Origin: an uncultured Bacteroidales bacterium
GTDB taxonomy: Bacteria > Bacteroidota > Bacteroidia > Bacteroidales > WCHB1-69
Direction of reading: 5' to 3'
DNA: 64,000 bases
NCBI GenBank assembly: GCA_900317715.1
Contig: ONHS01000002.1
Location: 20,183 to 84,182, forward strand
Program-made: the position numbers and the translations under genes
Shown: piece by piece, positions 37,738 through 47,274 of the stretch
Layout: the number at the start of each line of letters is the position of its first letter
Numbering within the stretch: the first letter of the stretch is position 1
The notes under the pieces: model-generated
Told to the model about the DNA's origin: nothing
Databases searched by the model: none
What the model saw: only the letters and a program-made list of their open reading frames with translations

Positions 37738-38355
37738 ATGAAACAGGAAATCAACCCCAAAGAGACCAACAGAGCCTTCGCATTCGAGATGTGGATGAGC
37801 GCGCCCATGCCCATGGTGACGCTGGTGAAGACAATGAACGTCAGCCACTTGCTGAGACTTAGCCGAAAGAAGAACATCAAGTTCAATACGCTGATGTGCT
37901 GGTGTATCGGCAAGACCGCCAGCGAGACGAAGGAACTCCATTTGCTGCCAGAGGACGGAAAACTCTTCCTTTACGACCAGATTGCCATCAACGTTGTGGT
38001 GCGCAATTGCAAGGGTGGCATCAACTCCTGCGACATCCCATTCTCGACCGATATCCAGCAATTCAACCGTGATTACATAGAGCTAACGACAAAGGTGGCA
38101 AAAGAATGTCAAAGCAGCTTCCTGGACGGCTACATGATCGTTGGCACGTCTGCCATGATCCAGACTGAGCTCGACTGCGTCTGCAACCAATACACCGACA
38201 AGTTCCTCAATCCGATGGTGATGTGGGGCAAGTACCGCAAATGCTGGTTCAAGACCACGTTGCCCGTCTCTTTCCAATTCCATCACGTGCAGATGGACGG
38301 CGGGGATGCCGCACGGTTCTTGGAAGCGCTACAACAAACCATCTACGCGCTATGA
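37738..38355 (+). CDS. Chloramphenicol-acetyltransferase-family (CAT-like) protein
   Basis: 205 aa. FEMWMSAPMPMVTL at the N-terminus and SFQFHHVQMDGGDAARFLEAL at the C-terminus (the catalytic-His motif HH..DG of the CAT fold). Confidence 0.7.
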   Translation: MKQEINPKETNRAFAFEMWMSAPMPMVTLVKTMNVSHLLRLSRKKNIKFNTLMCWCIGKTASETKELHLLPEDGKLFLYDQIAINVVVRNCKGGINSCDIPFSTDIQQFNRDYIELTTKVAKECQSSFLDGYMIVGTSAMIQTELDCVCNQYTDKFLNPMVMWGKYRKCWFKTTLPVSFQFHHVQMDGGDAARFLEALQQTIYAL

Positions 38356-38422
38356 TTTGCCGTGTGCTATTTGTTTTTCGCGCCTGTTAATTACATAAAG
38401 TCATAGAAACAAATACAAAAAT

Positions 38423-38953
38423 ATGTTAAAACGATTATTCACAGCAACATTCGGAATTGTGGTACTCCTGCTTGTCATGAGCGCATGCCACAACACGCAG
38501 AAAGCTTCCGCCCAAGTGGAAGGACTATACACTTATGAGCACGCCTTTGAATACGATTTGGACGGCAACCACTTCGACGTGCATGAGACCGGCACCATGG
38601 ATTTCCATCCCGACGGCACCGCCCTCGACTCCGCCCGGCAGATCTATGCGGTGACACTAAAAGATAGCAGCAATGTGACTTACGTGTTTAACTACGTCAG
38701 TCCCAGCAATTGGCGACTGGACGGCAAGGACTTCTACTTCTCAGGCGTCAAGGAAGACTTCCGTATGGAGGTGATTGAAGGAGGAGACAACGAACCCGAA
38801 TTAGCCCAAAAGATTGTTGATGTTGTGGGCGGCAGCATCGACTACGAGTACAAGTTCCATCTGGACACGCTTACGGCCGACCTTTTGCAGTGGAGTTTCA
38901 CCTACCGCAACGGCCACAGCGATACTTGGGAGTTCTACAGGGCAAAGCAGTAA
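38423..38953 (+). CDS. Hypothetical lipoprotein
   Basis: Lipobox LVMSAC. 176 aa. No family recognised. Confidence 0.5.
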   Translation: MLKRLFTATFGIVVLLLVMSACHNTQKASAQVEGLYTYEHAFEYDLDGNHFDVHETGTMDFHPDGTALDSARQIYAVTLKDSSNVTYVFNYVSPSNWRLDGKDFYFSGVKEDFRMEVIEGGDNEPELAQKIVDVVGGSIDYEYKFHLDTLTADLLQWSFTYRNGHSDTWEFYRAKQ

Positions 38954-38959
38954 ACGTTT

Positions 38960-39964
38960 CTATTTTCCAATCCTTTTCGCCAGCCCGATAGCTCCCGACG
39001 GGCAAACCAACCGGCACAGGTGACAGCCGAGCTGCATAAATTCCAGCGCATCGCGCCAAGTCTCGATGCCGCCGATGCCGCTGAACTCTATGCTTTCGTT
39101 TTTCGGCAGTCGGGTGACACAAGCCGGCAATGATTGAGTGAGCTTGCCCTCGTTTTCGTGGTGTTGTCTGTTCACTATCGGATTTTGTGCCATTTCGAGG
39201 ATGAACCGCAGGGCGATGGGCTTCACCGCGCGGCCCGAATAGCCCGAAACAGTCCATTTTTCACTAACTTTGGCCTCGGGAGAAAGCGTCACACTCTTGA
39301 TGGTGTTGATTGCTGAGACTGCAAATGAAATCCAATCCTCCTCGAACTCGCCCATGATGCTGGCTACGATCACTTTGGTCGGATAGTTCTGCTTCAGCCG
39401 ACGCAGAATGTCGAAATCGACCTCGTAGGGGTTCTCGCTCAACTGCTCCATGTTGCGGAAACCGGCAAACGCCGTACCTTCTTTGACGGCATCGAAACGA
39501 GGCGACACCTCGTGGATGTCCTGTTTGCAGATGGTCTTGTAGAAGACGCCTGCCCAGCCCATCTCTAAAGCGCGGGCTACCATGTCGTAGTTGGAGCAGA
39601 CAGCCGATGAAGCAAGAAAGAACGGATTTTCGCAAGGAATGCCGCAGAAGGTGATGGCGAGGCTGGGAAGCGGTTTGTTGTTCTCAACTGGTTCGCACTC
39701 AACCGCTTTCAGCAGTTCGCGGATGCGTATCGGACGGTCGTAGTGGATGCAGGCCTGTTCGGCACGTTCGAGGTCGGCATCAGAGCAACCCTCAAGCCAC
39801 TTCCCAGCATTCTTCGAATTGTCAAAGCGAATGGCGCGGATGGCACGTGCGGGATTTCCTTTCCCACAGGCTTTGGTGCAGGGTGCCTCTTCGCAGAAGA
39901 GACAGCGAGTTTTTTTTTCAATATCAACACAACAAAAATTTACACATACGCCATTATCGTCCAA
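38960..39964 (-). CDS. PreA/dihydroorotate-dehydrogenase-family ORF, apparently collapsed by in-frame deletions (possibly non-functional)
   Basis: ITFCGIPCENPFFLASS, VSPRF, IVASIMG, SAINTIKSV, VSGYSGRAVKPIALRF, SGIGGIETWRDALEF and a terminal C..VCPSGAI are all present. The segment expected to carry the NFSCP catalytic loop, and most of the C-terminal ferredoxin part, appear to be missing. Confidence 0.5.
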   Translation of the reverse strand: MDDNGVCVNFCCVDIEKKTRCLFCEEAPCTKACGKGNPARAIRAIRFDNSKNAGKWLEGCSDADLERAEQACIHYDRPIRIRELLKAVECEPVENNKPLPSLAITFCGIPCENPFFLASSAVCSNYDMVARALEMGWAGVFYKTICKQDIHEVSPRFDAVKEGTAFAGFRNMEQLSENPYEVDFDILRRLKQNYPTKVIVASIMGEFEEDWISFAVSAINTIKSVTLSPEAKVSEKWTVSGYSGRAVKPIALRFILEMAQNPIVNRQHHENEGKLTQSLPACVTRLPKNESIEFSGIGGIETWRDALEFMQLGCHLCRLVCPSGAIGLAKRIGK

Positions 39965-40015
39965 ACAAATACACGATTATTCCGCTATGTGAAAAGCATG
40001 GTTCTTTGTTTTTTG

Positions 40016-40023
40016 TATTTTTG
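40016..40023 (+). promoter_or_regulatory. -7 promoter box TATTTTTG for the glycerate kinase gene
   Basis: ttttgTATTTTTGccg, 22 nt upstream of ATG 40045. Confidence 0.5.
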
Positions 40024-40044
40024 CCGCGTGAAACAATAGCAGTT

Positions 40045-41121
40045 ATGAATAAACATAAATTTATATCGGCAATAGATTCTTTCAAAGGTTGTCTGACCTC
40101 GCGAGAGGCGAATCAGGCGGCAGCACATGGGATAAGCAACATCTACCCCGATGCCGAGATAGTCCAGATACCCGTCAGCGATGGCGGCGAAGGATTCGTG
40201 GAGGCTTTCCATTCCGCCATCGGTGGAGAAATACAAGAGCTTACGGTGAACGACCCGCTGATGCGTCCTGTCGTGGCGCACTATTTGTTGAAGGACTCCA
40301 CCGCCGTCATCGAAATCGCACAGGCCAGCGGGTTGCCTCTATTGAAGAAGGAGGAACGTAATCCACTGATAGCCAGCAGCTATGGAACGGGCGAGTTGGT
40401 GGCAGATGCGGTTCTCAAAGGCGCGAAGCATATCATCGTGGGACTCGGCGGCAGTGCCACCAGCGATGCCGGTATCGGGATGATTCGCGCTTTGATTAAG
40501 ATTTTTGTGAAAAAAGGCACCTGGGATGACATCAAAGAGCTGAAAAACGTTCATTTCACCATCGCTTCCGACGTGAAAAATCCGCTTTACGGCGAGAATG
40601 GTGCGGCTCACGTGTTCGGTCCACAGAAGGGTGCCTCTCCGGAAGATGTGCTCACGTTGGACCATCGAGCCAAGAAATTTGCCGAGGCTTCCGCCAAGCA
40701 TTTCGGTCACGACCGCTCCAAAATGAAAGGGGCGGGGGCCGCGGGCGGACTGGGCTATGCCTTCCTGCAATATATGGGGGCCGAATGCAAGTCCGGCATC
40801 CAGCTGTTGCTTGAAACCATCCATTTCGATGAGATGGTCAAGGATGCCGACCTTGTCATCACGGGCGAGGGCTCTTCCGACCGTCAGACGCTGATGGGCA
40901 AGCTTCCCGTAGGCATTTTGGAGCAATCGGGCGATGCGCCTGTCTGCCTGATCGCAGGACGCATCAGCGACCGTGAACAACTGCTGCAGGCCGGTTTCGC
41001 ATACGTGGAGTGCATTAACCCTGTCGGTATTACACTAGAAGAAGCGATGCGCAAGGAGGTGGCGACACGGAATATCAGCGACACTGTTGCCCGCATATTA
41101 AGCAATGGTGCAGAAAAATAA
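40045..41121 (+). CDS. Glycerate kinase
   Basis: Start at MNKHKFISAIDSFKGCLTSREA. PVSDGGEGFVEAF, GLGGSATSDAGIGM, ITGEGSSDRQTLMGKLP. The track's upstream extension to 39847 crosses the promoter. Confidence 0.88.
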   Translation: MNKHKFISAIDSFKGCLTSREANQAAAHGISNIYPDAEIVQIPVSDGGEGFVEAFHSAIGGEIQELTVNDPLMRPVVAHYLLKDSTAVIEIAQASGLPLLKKEERNPLIASSYGTGELVADAVLKGAKHIIVGLGGSATSDAGIGMIRALIKIFVKKGTWDDIKELKNVHFTIASDVKNPLYGENGAAHVFGPQKGASPEDVLTLDHRAKKFAEASAKHFGHDRSKMKGAGAAGGLGYAFLQYMGAECKSGIQLLLETIHFDEMVKDADLVITGEGSSDRQTLMGKLPVGILEQSGDAPVCLIAGRISDREQLLQAGFAYVECINPVGITLEEAMRKEVATRNISDTVARILSNGAEK

Positions 41122-41143
41122 TCCTCTTTTAAAAGATTAAAGT

Positions 41144-42265
41144 ATGAGAAAACATTGGATTGACAATTTACGGTGGGTGACAGTGCTGCTGGTGCTGCTC
41201 TATCACGTCATCTATTTTTATAACAACAAAGGAGTCTTCGGCGGCGTGGGCGGTTTCGGCGACGGTCCGCAGTACCAGGATGTGCTGATGTACATACTCT
41301 ATCCGTGGTTTATGCCGCTGCTGTTCCTGCTGGCGGGCATCAGCGCACGATATTCGTTAGAGAAGCATCCCGCGAAAGAGTGGTTCAAGTCGCGCACACG
41401 CAAACTGCTGGTACCCAGCACCATCGGTCTGTTCGTATTCCAATGGATGACCGGCTATTTCAACACCCTCGTGGCGCGACAATCGGTGTTGGCCTCCATG
41501 AAGCAGCCTGCCTTATATTTTCTCTGGGTGGTCAGCGGCACCGGTCCATTGTGGTTTATCCAGGATTTGTGGCTGTTTTCATTGGTGTTGTTGCTAATCC
41601 GTAGAATTACTCCCCTACCCGCCTCAAAGGGGAAATGCGCCTTTTCTTGCAAGTGGGCGTCCAAAGCCTCCATCCTTTGGATCGTGCTGCTCGGCATCCT
41701 CTTCTGGCTCGGCGAACAGACGCTCATCCGCAACCCACGTCCGGAATCCGCCGACGGCCTATACAATCTCTACAAGCCGTTCTTCTACCTGATTCCCTTC
41801 CTGATGGGCTATTACATCTTCTCGCGCGACGGGGTGCAGGAAACGGTCAAGAAGTATTGGATTCCGCTGATGGCTGGCGCGGTCATCGCCGGCATCGCGC
41901 TCATCATCACCACTTGGGGCGAGAACAACACCACTCCTGAATATCTTTGCAGTCCGCTCAACTGCCTCTATGGCTGGATGATGTGTCTCGCGATGATGGG
42001 CTGGTTCAATGCCCGCTTCGACCGGACAAACGCCTTCGCCGGTTACATGACGCGCACCAGTTTCGGTATCTATATCACTCACTATCTGATTATTGCAGGT
42101 CTCGGTTCCATGATGTTTTTCTACACAAAGTTACCGCCTGCCGCGATGTACATCATTTTGACAATCGCCGTTTTCACTATCTCGCCGCTACTTTACGAAG
42201 GTTTGCGCCGCAGTCCTTTCCTGGGCTGGTGCATTTTCGGGGAACCCATAAAACAAAAAAAATAA
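41144..42265 (+). CDS. Acyltransferase family 3 (OpgC/OafA-like) membrane protein
   Basis: WIDNLRWVTVLLVLLYHV at the N-terminus and about 10 TM helices. 373 aa. Confidence 0.8.
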   Translation: MRKHWIDNLRWVTVLLVLLYHVIYFYNNKGVFGGVGGFGDGPQYQDVLMYILYPWFMPLLFLLAGISARYSLEKHPAKEWFKSRTRKLLVPSTIGLFVFQWMTGYFNTLVARQSVLASMKQPALYFLWVVSGTGPLWFIQDLWLFSLVLLLIRRITPLPASKGKCAFSCKWASKASILWIVLLGILFWLGEQTLIRNPRPESADGLYNLYKPFFYLIPFLMGYYIFSRDGVQETVKKYWIPLMAGAVIAGIALIITTWGENNTTPEYLCSPLNCLYGWMMCLAMMGWFNARFDRTNAFAGYMTRTSFGIYITHYLIIAGLGSMMFFYTKLPPAAMYIILTIAVFTISPLLYEGLRRSPFLGWCIFGEPIKQKK

Positions 42266-42320
42266 GATTGCTTGTAATTTTCAGGTGATGTTCTGCATCT
42301 AATGGACAAAATCAAAAAAG

Positions 42321-42803
42321 ATGAAGATTCAAGAAGAACAATTCGCTCGCTTGGTGCGGGAGCACAAAAACACCATCTACACGGTGTGCTACATGTTCTC
42401 CCAAGACGAAGATGAGGTGAACGATCTCTTTCAGGAGACGCTGATCAACATGTGGAAAGGCATCGATGGTTTTCGCGAAGAAAGTAAGATCAGCACGTGG
42501 ATCTATCGTGTGGCCCTGAACACATGTCTCCTACAAGAACGAAAGAAGAAGAAAGAGGTGCAAACCGTGCCGCTTTCCATGGACATCAACTTCTTCGAGG
42601 ACAACGACGCCAACAGCTCGCAGGTTCGTCAACTCCATGAACGCATCGGAAAGCTTGGCTTGGTCGACAGGGCCATCGTGATGATGTGGCTGGAGGACAT
42701 GAGCTACGATGAAATCGGCGCCGTCATGGGAATCACCGCACAAAACGTGGGCGTAAAGCTCTTCAGAATCAAAGAACAGCTGAAAAAAATTCATGATTCA
42801 TAA
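42321..42803 (+). CDS. ECF-type sigma-70 family RNA polymerase sigma factor
   Basis: Region 2 (DLFQETLINMWKGIDGFREESKISTWIYRVALNTC) and region 4 (MSYDEIGAVMGITAQNVGVKLFRIKEQL). Confidence 0.88.
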   Translation: MKIQEEQFARLVREHKNTIYTVCYMFSQDEDEVNDLFQETLINMWKGIDGFREESKISTWIYRVALNTCLLQERKKKKEVQTVPLSMDINFFEDNDANSSQVRQLHERIGKLGLVDRAIVMMWLEDMSYDEIGAVMGITAQNVGVKLFRIKEQLKKIHDS

Positions 42804-42867
42804 TTCATAATGCATAATTGGAATTAGGAATCAAGAGTTAAAAATTAACCTGAAAAATCACAAGAAA

Positions 42868-43446
42868 ATGGAAGAAATGAATTTCGAGGAATTGAGCAAA
42901 CAATACGCCATCCTCAAAGAACAACTTAATAATCAAGAGATTGTCAACGACCGCTTACTTCGTGAATCCATGAAGTTGAGGAAGAAAGACATTCAATCCA
43001 CTGAAAAAGTAGTATTTGGATGCGTCATAGGCTGCATCTTCATCTACCCGCTCTCGTATTTCATGCATCTTTGGAGTCTCCCCTTCACGACTGTAACCTG
43101 TCTCATAGTAATAATCTGTGCTATAGCCACTTATTACATGCACAAGCCGGTGGAGAAACTCAACTTCATGAACGACGACCTCGCCACGGTGGCTCGCGTG
43201 ATGGCCAAGTTCAAAAAACAATACAACAACTGGCTGCACTATGTGACACCTGCCCTCCTGATTCCTTGGGGCATTTGGGGATGCTATGAAGCGGGCTGGT
43301 CGCATGCACCCGAGGGGAGCAATCCCTGGCTGTTGATTATTCCGCTGATTGTCGGCGGTCTCTGCGGCGCACTCATCGGCTACAAATACCACCGCAAGGC
43401 CGTGAACGCCGCCCAAGACATCATCGACGATATTGAGAGTCTATAA
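42868..43446 (+). CDS. Hypothetical 4-TM membrane protein downstream of the ECF sigma (possible cognate anti-sigma; speculative)
   Basis: 192 aa with an N-terminal coiled segment, then TM helices. The link to the sigma factor rests on position only. Confidence 0.45.
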   Translation: MEEMNFEELSKQYAILKEQLNNQEIVNDRLLRESMKLRKKDIQSTEKVVFGCVIGCIFIYPLSYFMHLWSLPFTTVTCLIVIICAIATYYMHKPVEKLNFMNDDLATVARVMAKFKKQYNNWLHYVTPALLIPWGIWGCYEAGWSHAPEGSNPWLLIIPLIVGGLCGALIGYKYHRKAVNAAQDIIDDIESL

Positions 43447-43532
43447 AGCCATAAAAATCAACAAGTTACCACTATTCATCAATAAAAGCCTATTGACATA
43501 AATGATAAGATAAACCATCCATTGCATAAAAG

Positions 43533-43556
43533 AGCCCGTTTTGCGGGCTTTTTTTT
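43533..43556 (+). terminator. Intrinsic terminator
   Basis: AGCCCG-ttttg-CGGGCT followed by T8. Confidence 0.7.
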
Positions 43557-43609
43557 GTATTTTTGCCGATTGATGTATTCATCCCTTAGGTTATAAAGAC
43601 AAATTGAAG

Positions 43610-44929
43610 ATGAAAGTATATAATGCCAACATTCTTTTCACGAAAGAACGCAGCCATTTCGAAGTGCTGGAGAACGGCTATGTCGCTGTGGATGCCGACG
43701 GGCGCGTAACCGGCGTGGCATCAGACCTGGCATCGCTTGGGGCCGACGCTTCCGAGCGCCAAAACGAGCCCGATGACGGCACCGAAATCATCGACTTCGG
43801 CGACCGTCTGCTGATTCCCGCCATGAACGACCTGCACGTGCACGCCGCGCAATACCGCAACCAAGGCATCGCCATGGACTTGGAACTGTTGCCGTGGCTC
43901 CAAAATTACACCTTTCCCGAGGAGACGAAATACGCCGACACGGTATATGCCGAACGAATGTACCGCCGGTTTGTGCACGACCTGTGGCGCGCGGGCACCA
44001 TGCGTACCTGCACTTTTGCCTCCATACACACGGAAAGCACCCGCATACTGATGCGCCTTTTCCAGGAGGCCGGCATGGGGGCGTTGGTCGGCAAGGTGGG
44101 CATGAACCGCAACTGTCCTGAAAATCTGTCGGAATCGGTGGAGGAGATGGTACAGGGCTATGAATCCTTGATAGAGGAATTCAACGGACCGGACGCGCTA
44201 GTACGTCCGATCATCACACCGCGTTTCATCCCATCGTGCACGCCTGAGATGCTACGCGCCTGCGGAGAACTGGCCGCCAAGTACCAACTGCATGTGCAGT
44301 CACACCTGTCTGAAAACAAGGACGAAATCGCCCAAGTGAAGATACTGGAGCCGGACAGCACCTGCTACGGCGACGCTTACGACCGCTATGGGCTCTTCGG
44401 ACAGACACCCACCGTGATGGCGCATTGCGTATTCACCGAACAGGAGGAGATGGAACTGATGAAACGGCGAGGCGTGATGGTGGCCCACTGCCCCACCTCG
44501 AATCTCAACGTAACCACGGGCATTGCCCCCATCCGGCAGTTCCTGGACAAAGGGTTGCGCGTGGGCTTCGGCAGCGACATCAGCGGCGGTCACAGCCTGA
44601 GCATCTTCCAGATGATGATCTATGCGATACAGATGAGCAAGCTGCACTATCAGCGGGATCATGCCCGGTCGTTCCTCACCCTCTCGGAAACGTTCTGGAT
44701 GGCCACGAAGTCGGCAGGAAGTTTCTTCGGCCAAGTGGGCAGCTTCGAGCCCGGCTACGAATTCGACGCCCTTGTCATCGACGACCACGAGCTGAACCAC
44801 GACAACTATTCGCTGTTAGAGCGTTTGGAGCGCTTCATCTACCTCGGCGACGACCGCCAGATTGCACACCGGTTCTGCAGAGGAAAAGAAATTCCGGAAC
44901 CGAGTATATTTTGTATTTTTGCCGAATAA
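43610..44929 (+). CDS. Amidohydrolase-superfamily enzyme, guanine-deaminase-like
   Basis: 439 aa. LLIPAMNDLHVHAAQY (HxH metal site), ..VQSHLSEN.., ..MAHCVF.., GFGSDISGG. Start moved to ATG 43610. Confidence 0.65.
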   Translation: MKVYNANILFTKERSHFEVLENGYVAVDADGRVTGVASDLASLGADASERQNEPDDGTEIIDFGDRLLIPAMNDLHVHAAQYRNQGIAMDLELLPWLQNYTFPEETKYADTVYAERMYRRFVHDLWRAGTMRTCTFASIHTESTRILMRLFQEAGMGALVGKVGMNRNCPENLSESVEEMVQGYESLIEEFNGPDALVRPIITPRFIPSCTPEMLRACGELAAKYQLHVQSHLSENKDEIAQVKILEPDSTCYGDAYDRYGLFGQTPTVMAHCVFTEQEEMELMKRRGVMVAHCPTSNLNVTTGIAPIRQFLDKGLRVGFGSDISGGHSLSIFQMMIYAIQMSKLHYQRDHARSFLTLSETFWMATKSAGSFFGQVGSFEPGYEFDALVIDDHELNHDNYSLLERLERFIYLGDDRQIAHRFCRGKEIPEPSIFCIFAE

Positions 44930-44938
44930 TAAAATCTT

Positions 44939-45736
44939 ATGAAAAAGACCCTCTTCATATTCCTTGTTCTGCTTTTCGCAGTATCTTGTCGGCACGTTCC
45001 CGAGCAGCAGAGCCAGGATAAGGTAACCGAAATCGTTGAACGCGGCACATTGCTCGTGGGCACTACCGGCGATTACCGTCCACTGTCTTTTCGCGAAAGC
45101 GACGGAACATACTGGGGCTTCGGGATAGAATTGGCCCAAGAGATTGCCCGTGAGTTAGGGGTAGAAGCAGCATTCGTGCAGACCTCGTGGCCTACGCTGA
45201 CCGCCGATGTGCTGGCTGAACCTCAGATTTTCGACCTTGCCATAGGCGGCATCACCATCACCGATGCCCGATGTGAGATCATGCTGATGAGCGAGGGATA
45301 TCTGGCAAACGGCAAGACCATCCTTTGCCGTGCCTCAGACACCAGCCTATTCCACTCATTGGCCGACATCGACAAGCCTGAAGTGCGTGTAATGGTGAAT
45401 CCTGGCGGGCTGAACGAGCAGTTTGCCAACGAAAACCTCACGCATGCCACCATCATCATTCATGAAAAGAACGAAGAAATTCCTGCGCTTATCGCAGAGG
45501 GAGAGGCCGATGTGATGATAACGGAGATTGCGGAAGCGCCTTATTATGTGCAAACAGACTCCCGGCTGGCCGCACCGCTGCTGAACGAACCTTTCACCCA
45601 TAGTGAAATTGGCGTGTTGATGCAGAAAGGCCAGGAGGATTTGCTACAGCTGGTGAACAACAAAATCCAGAAAATGAAGGCGGACGGCTCACTTCGCCGA
45701 CTGCACGAAAAGTACGGACTGATATACGCTTATTAA
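44939..45736 (+). CDS. Periplasmic-binding-fold lipoprotein (SBP_bac_3), cyclohexadienyl-dehydratase (PheC)-like
   Basis: Lipobox FAVSC. LLVGTTGDYRPLSF...GFGIELAQEIARELGV...VQTSWPTL..D...FDLAIGGITIT..R. Confidence 0.65.
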   Translation: MKKTLFIFLVLLFAVSCRHVPEQQSQDKVTEIVERGTLLVGTTGDYRPLSFRESDGTYWGFGIELAQEIARELGVEAAFVQTSWPTLTADVLAEPQIFDLAIGGITITDARCEIMLMSEGYLANGKTILCRASDTSLFHSLADIDKPEVRVMVNPGGLNEQFANENLTHATIIIHEKNEEIPALIAEGEADVMITEIAEAPYYVQTDSRLAAPLLNEPFTHSEIGVLMQKGQEDLLQLVNNKIQKMKADGSLRRLHEKYGLIYAY

Positions 45737-45799
45737 AGACACAAAGTTCGTCCAGTCTTATCAATTTGTAAGAAATAAAAAAAACGAATAAACAAGTAA

Positions 45800-46423
45800 A
45801 TGAAAAAATGTCTCACCTGCATGGTCGTCGGGCTGATAGTACTCCTCTCCGGCTGTGCGCAAAAACAAGAAAAAATGGCAACAATTTACGATTACAAAGT
45901 CCTGAACAACAAAGGAGAAGAAGTGGACCTCGCGCAATATCGCGGCAATGTCCTCATGATTGTCAACACCGCTTCAAAGTGCGGTTTCACCCCGCAATAT
46001 GATGGCTTGGAAGCGCTCTACAAAAAGTACAAAGACCAGGGTCTGGTGATTCTCGGTTTCCCGTGCGACCAGTTCAAGCACCAGGAGCCCGGCACCGACG
46101 AAGAGATCGCCGAATTCTGCCGCCTGAACCACGGTGTCACTTTCCCGTTGATGAAGAAGATCGACGTTTTTGGCGAGAATGCAGAGCCGCTCTTTACGTA
46201 CCTCACCCAGCAGGTACCCACCGAAGAAGTAAAAGGACTGAAAAACAAAGCCACGATGGCGCTGGTCGACAGTCTGAGCAAGGCCGAGGGTCGCGGCGAA
46301 GGCGACATCCGCTGGAACTTCACCAAATTCCTCATTTCCAAGGACGGCACCGTCATCAAGCGCTTCCCGCCAGTGGCCACTCCCGAAGATCTGGAGCCCG
46401 AGATTGAGGCGATGCTGAAATAA
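45800..46423 (+). CDS. Glutathione peroxidase-family lipoprotein
   Basis: VNTASKCGFTPQY, LGFPCDQFKHQEPG, WNFTKFLI. Confidence 0.9.
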   Translation: MKKCLTCMVVGLIVLLSGCAQKQEKMATIYDYKVLNNKGEEVDLAQYRGNVLMIVNTASKCGFTPQYDGLEALYKKYKDQGLVILGFPCDQFKHQEPGTDEEIAEFCRLNHGVTFPLMKKIDVFGENAEPLFTYLTQQVPTEEVKGLKNKATMALVDSLSKAEGRGEGDIRWNFTKFLISKDGTVIKRFPPVATPEDLEPEIEAMLK

Positions 46424-46451
46424 TCGTTCCCTTGTTTATGGATTTTCGAAC

Positions 46452-46495
46452 AACCGCCGAAAAGTTTTTTGTAACTTTTCGGCGGTTTTGTTTTG
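46452..46495 (+). terminator. Intrinsic terminator (15-bp stem)
   Basis: AACCGCCGAAAAGTT-ttttgt-AACTTTTCGGCGGTT, then TTGTTTT. Confidence 0.75.
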
Positions 46496-46684
46496 CAAAA
46501 AAGAGTATGAAGAAAATTTTATCTCCACGTATCACGCAAATCTTCACGTATTTCAATTTACGACAAATTCAATTTATTATACGTGCAGATACGAGCGATA
46601 CGCGGAGATAATATTTTCCGCCAAATGAAAACATATAATTCTTGTTTTGTTTACTTTTGCCGCGTAAAAAAGCATAAAGATAAT

Positions 46685-47272
46685 ATGGAAGAAAAGTTTT
46701 GTCAGAGTTGCGGAATGCCGCTGACCCCGGAAATCCTCGGCACCAACGCCGACGGCAGCCAAAACGAAGAATACTGCATCTACTGCTACAAGGATGGTGC
46801 ATTCACCGGTGACTTCACCATGGAGGAGATGGTGGAATTCTGCGCACAATTTGTGGAGGAGTACAACAAGAACACCGGCCAAAACCTAAGTCGCGAAGAG
46901 TACAAGGGCGTGCTTCGTCAGTATTACCCCCATCTGAAACGTTGGCAGCTGCCCGCCGACCAGCTGCCGCACGCCACCTCGCCCATCAAACAGCAGCTTA
47001 TCGACGAGGTCAATGCATTGGGCATCAAGGACATGCCGCGCATCAACAACCTCTTCGTGCTGCAAGGTTCGTTCGTCAACATGGAGTACACCCTCAACGG
47101 CAACAAGGTGAAACTCCTCGACGACAATGCCACGTATTGGGGTAATCAGGTAGAGAAACAAGGTACAAACGGTCGCTGCTTCGGTATTGCCTGCGACGAG
47201 CATCACATCCTTGTGAGCGAGTACGGGAAGGACGGTGCGGATGCCGAGCTGGTGGTGTTCAAGAGGAGATAA
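46685..47272 (+). CDS. Zinc-ribbon-domain protein
   Basis: MEEKFCQSCGMPL....EEYCIYCYKDGAF, with two CxxC pairs. 195 aa. Start at ATG 46685, after the TACTTTTG box. Confidence 0.6.
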   Translation: MEEKFCQSCGMPLTPEILGTNADGSQNEEYCIYCYKDGAFTGDFTMEEMVEFCAQFVEEYNKNTGQNLSREEYKGVLRQYYPHLKRWQLPADQLPHATSPIKQQLIDEVNALGIKDMPRINNLFVLQGSFVNMEYTLNGNKVKLLDDNATYWGNQVEKQGTNGRCFGIACDEHHILVSEYGKDGADAELVVFKRR

Positions 47273-47274
47273 GT

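Noticed and set aside
31355-38355. Reading the Ere-like, GNAT and CAT-like genes (plus VanW at 60780 and MBL at 11219) as an antibiotic-resistance cluster.
   Set aside because: Only family-level similarity is visible. These families are mostly housekeeping or of unknown substrate in Bacteroidales. The genes are not contiguous and not on an obvious mobile element. No resistance claim is justified without specific homology searches.
39847-40044. N-terminal extension of the glycerate kinase ORF in the track (start at 39847).
   Set aside because: The extension overlaps the divergent PreA-like gene and crosses the TATTTTTG promoter box at 40016. The conserved kinase N-terminus starts at MNKHKF (40045).
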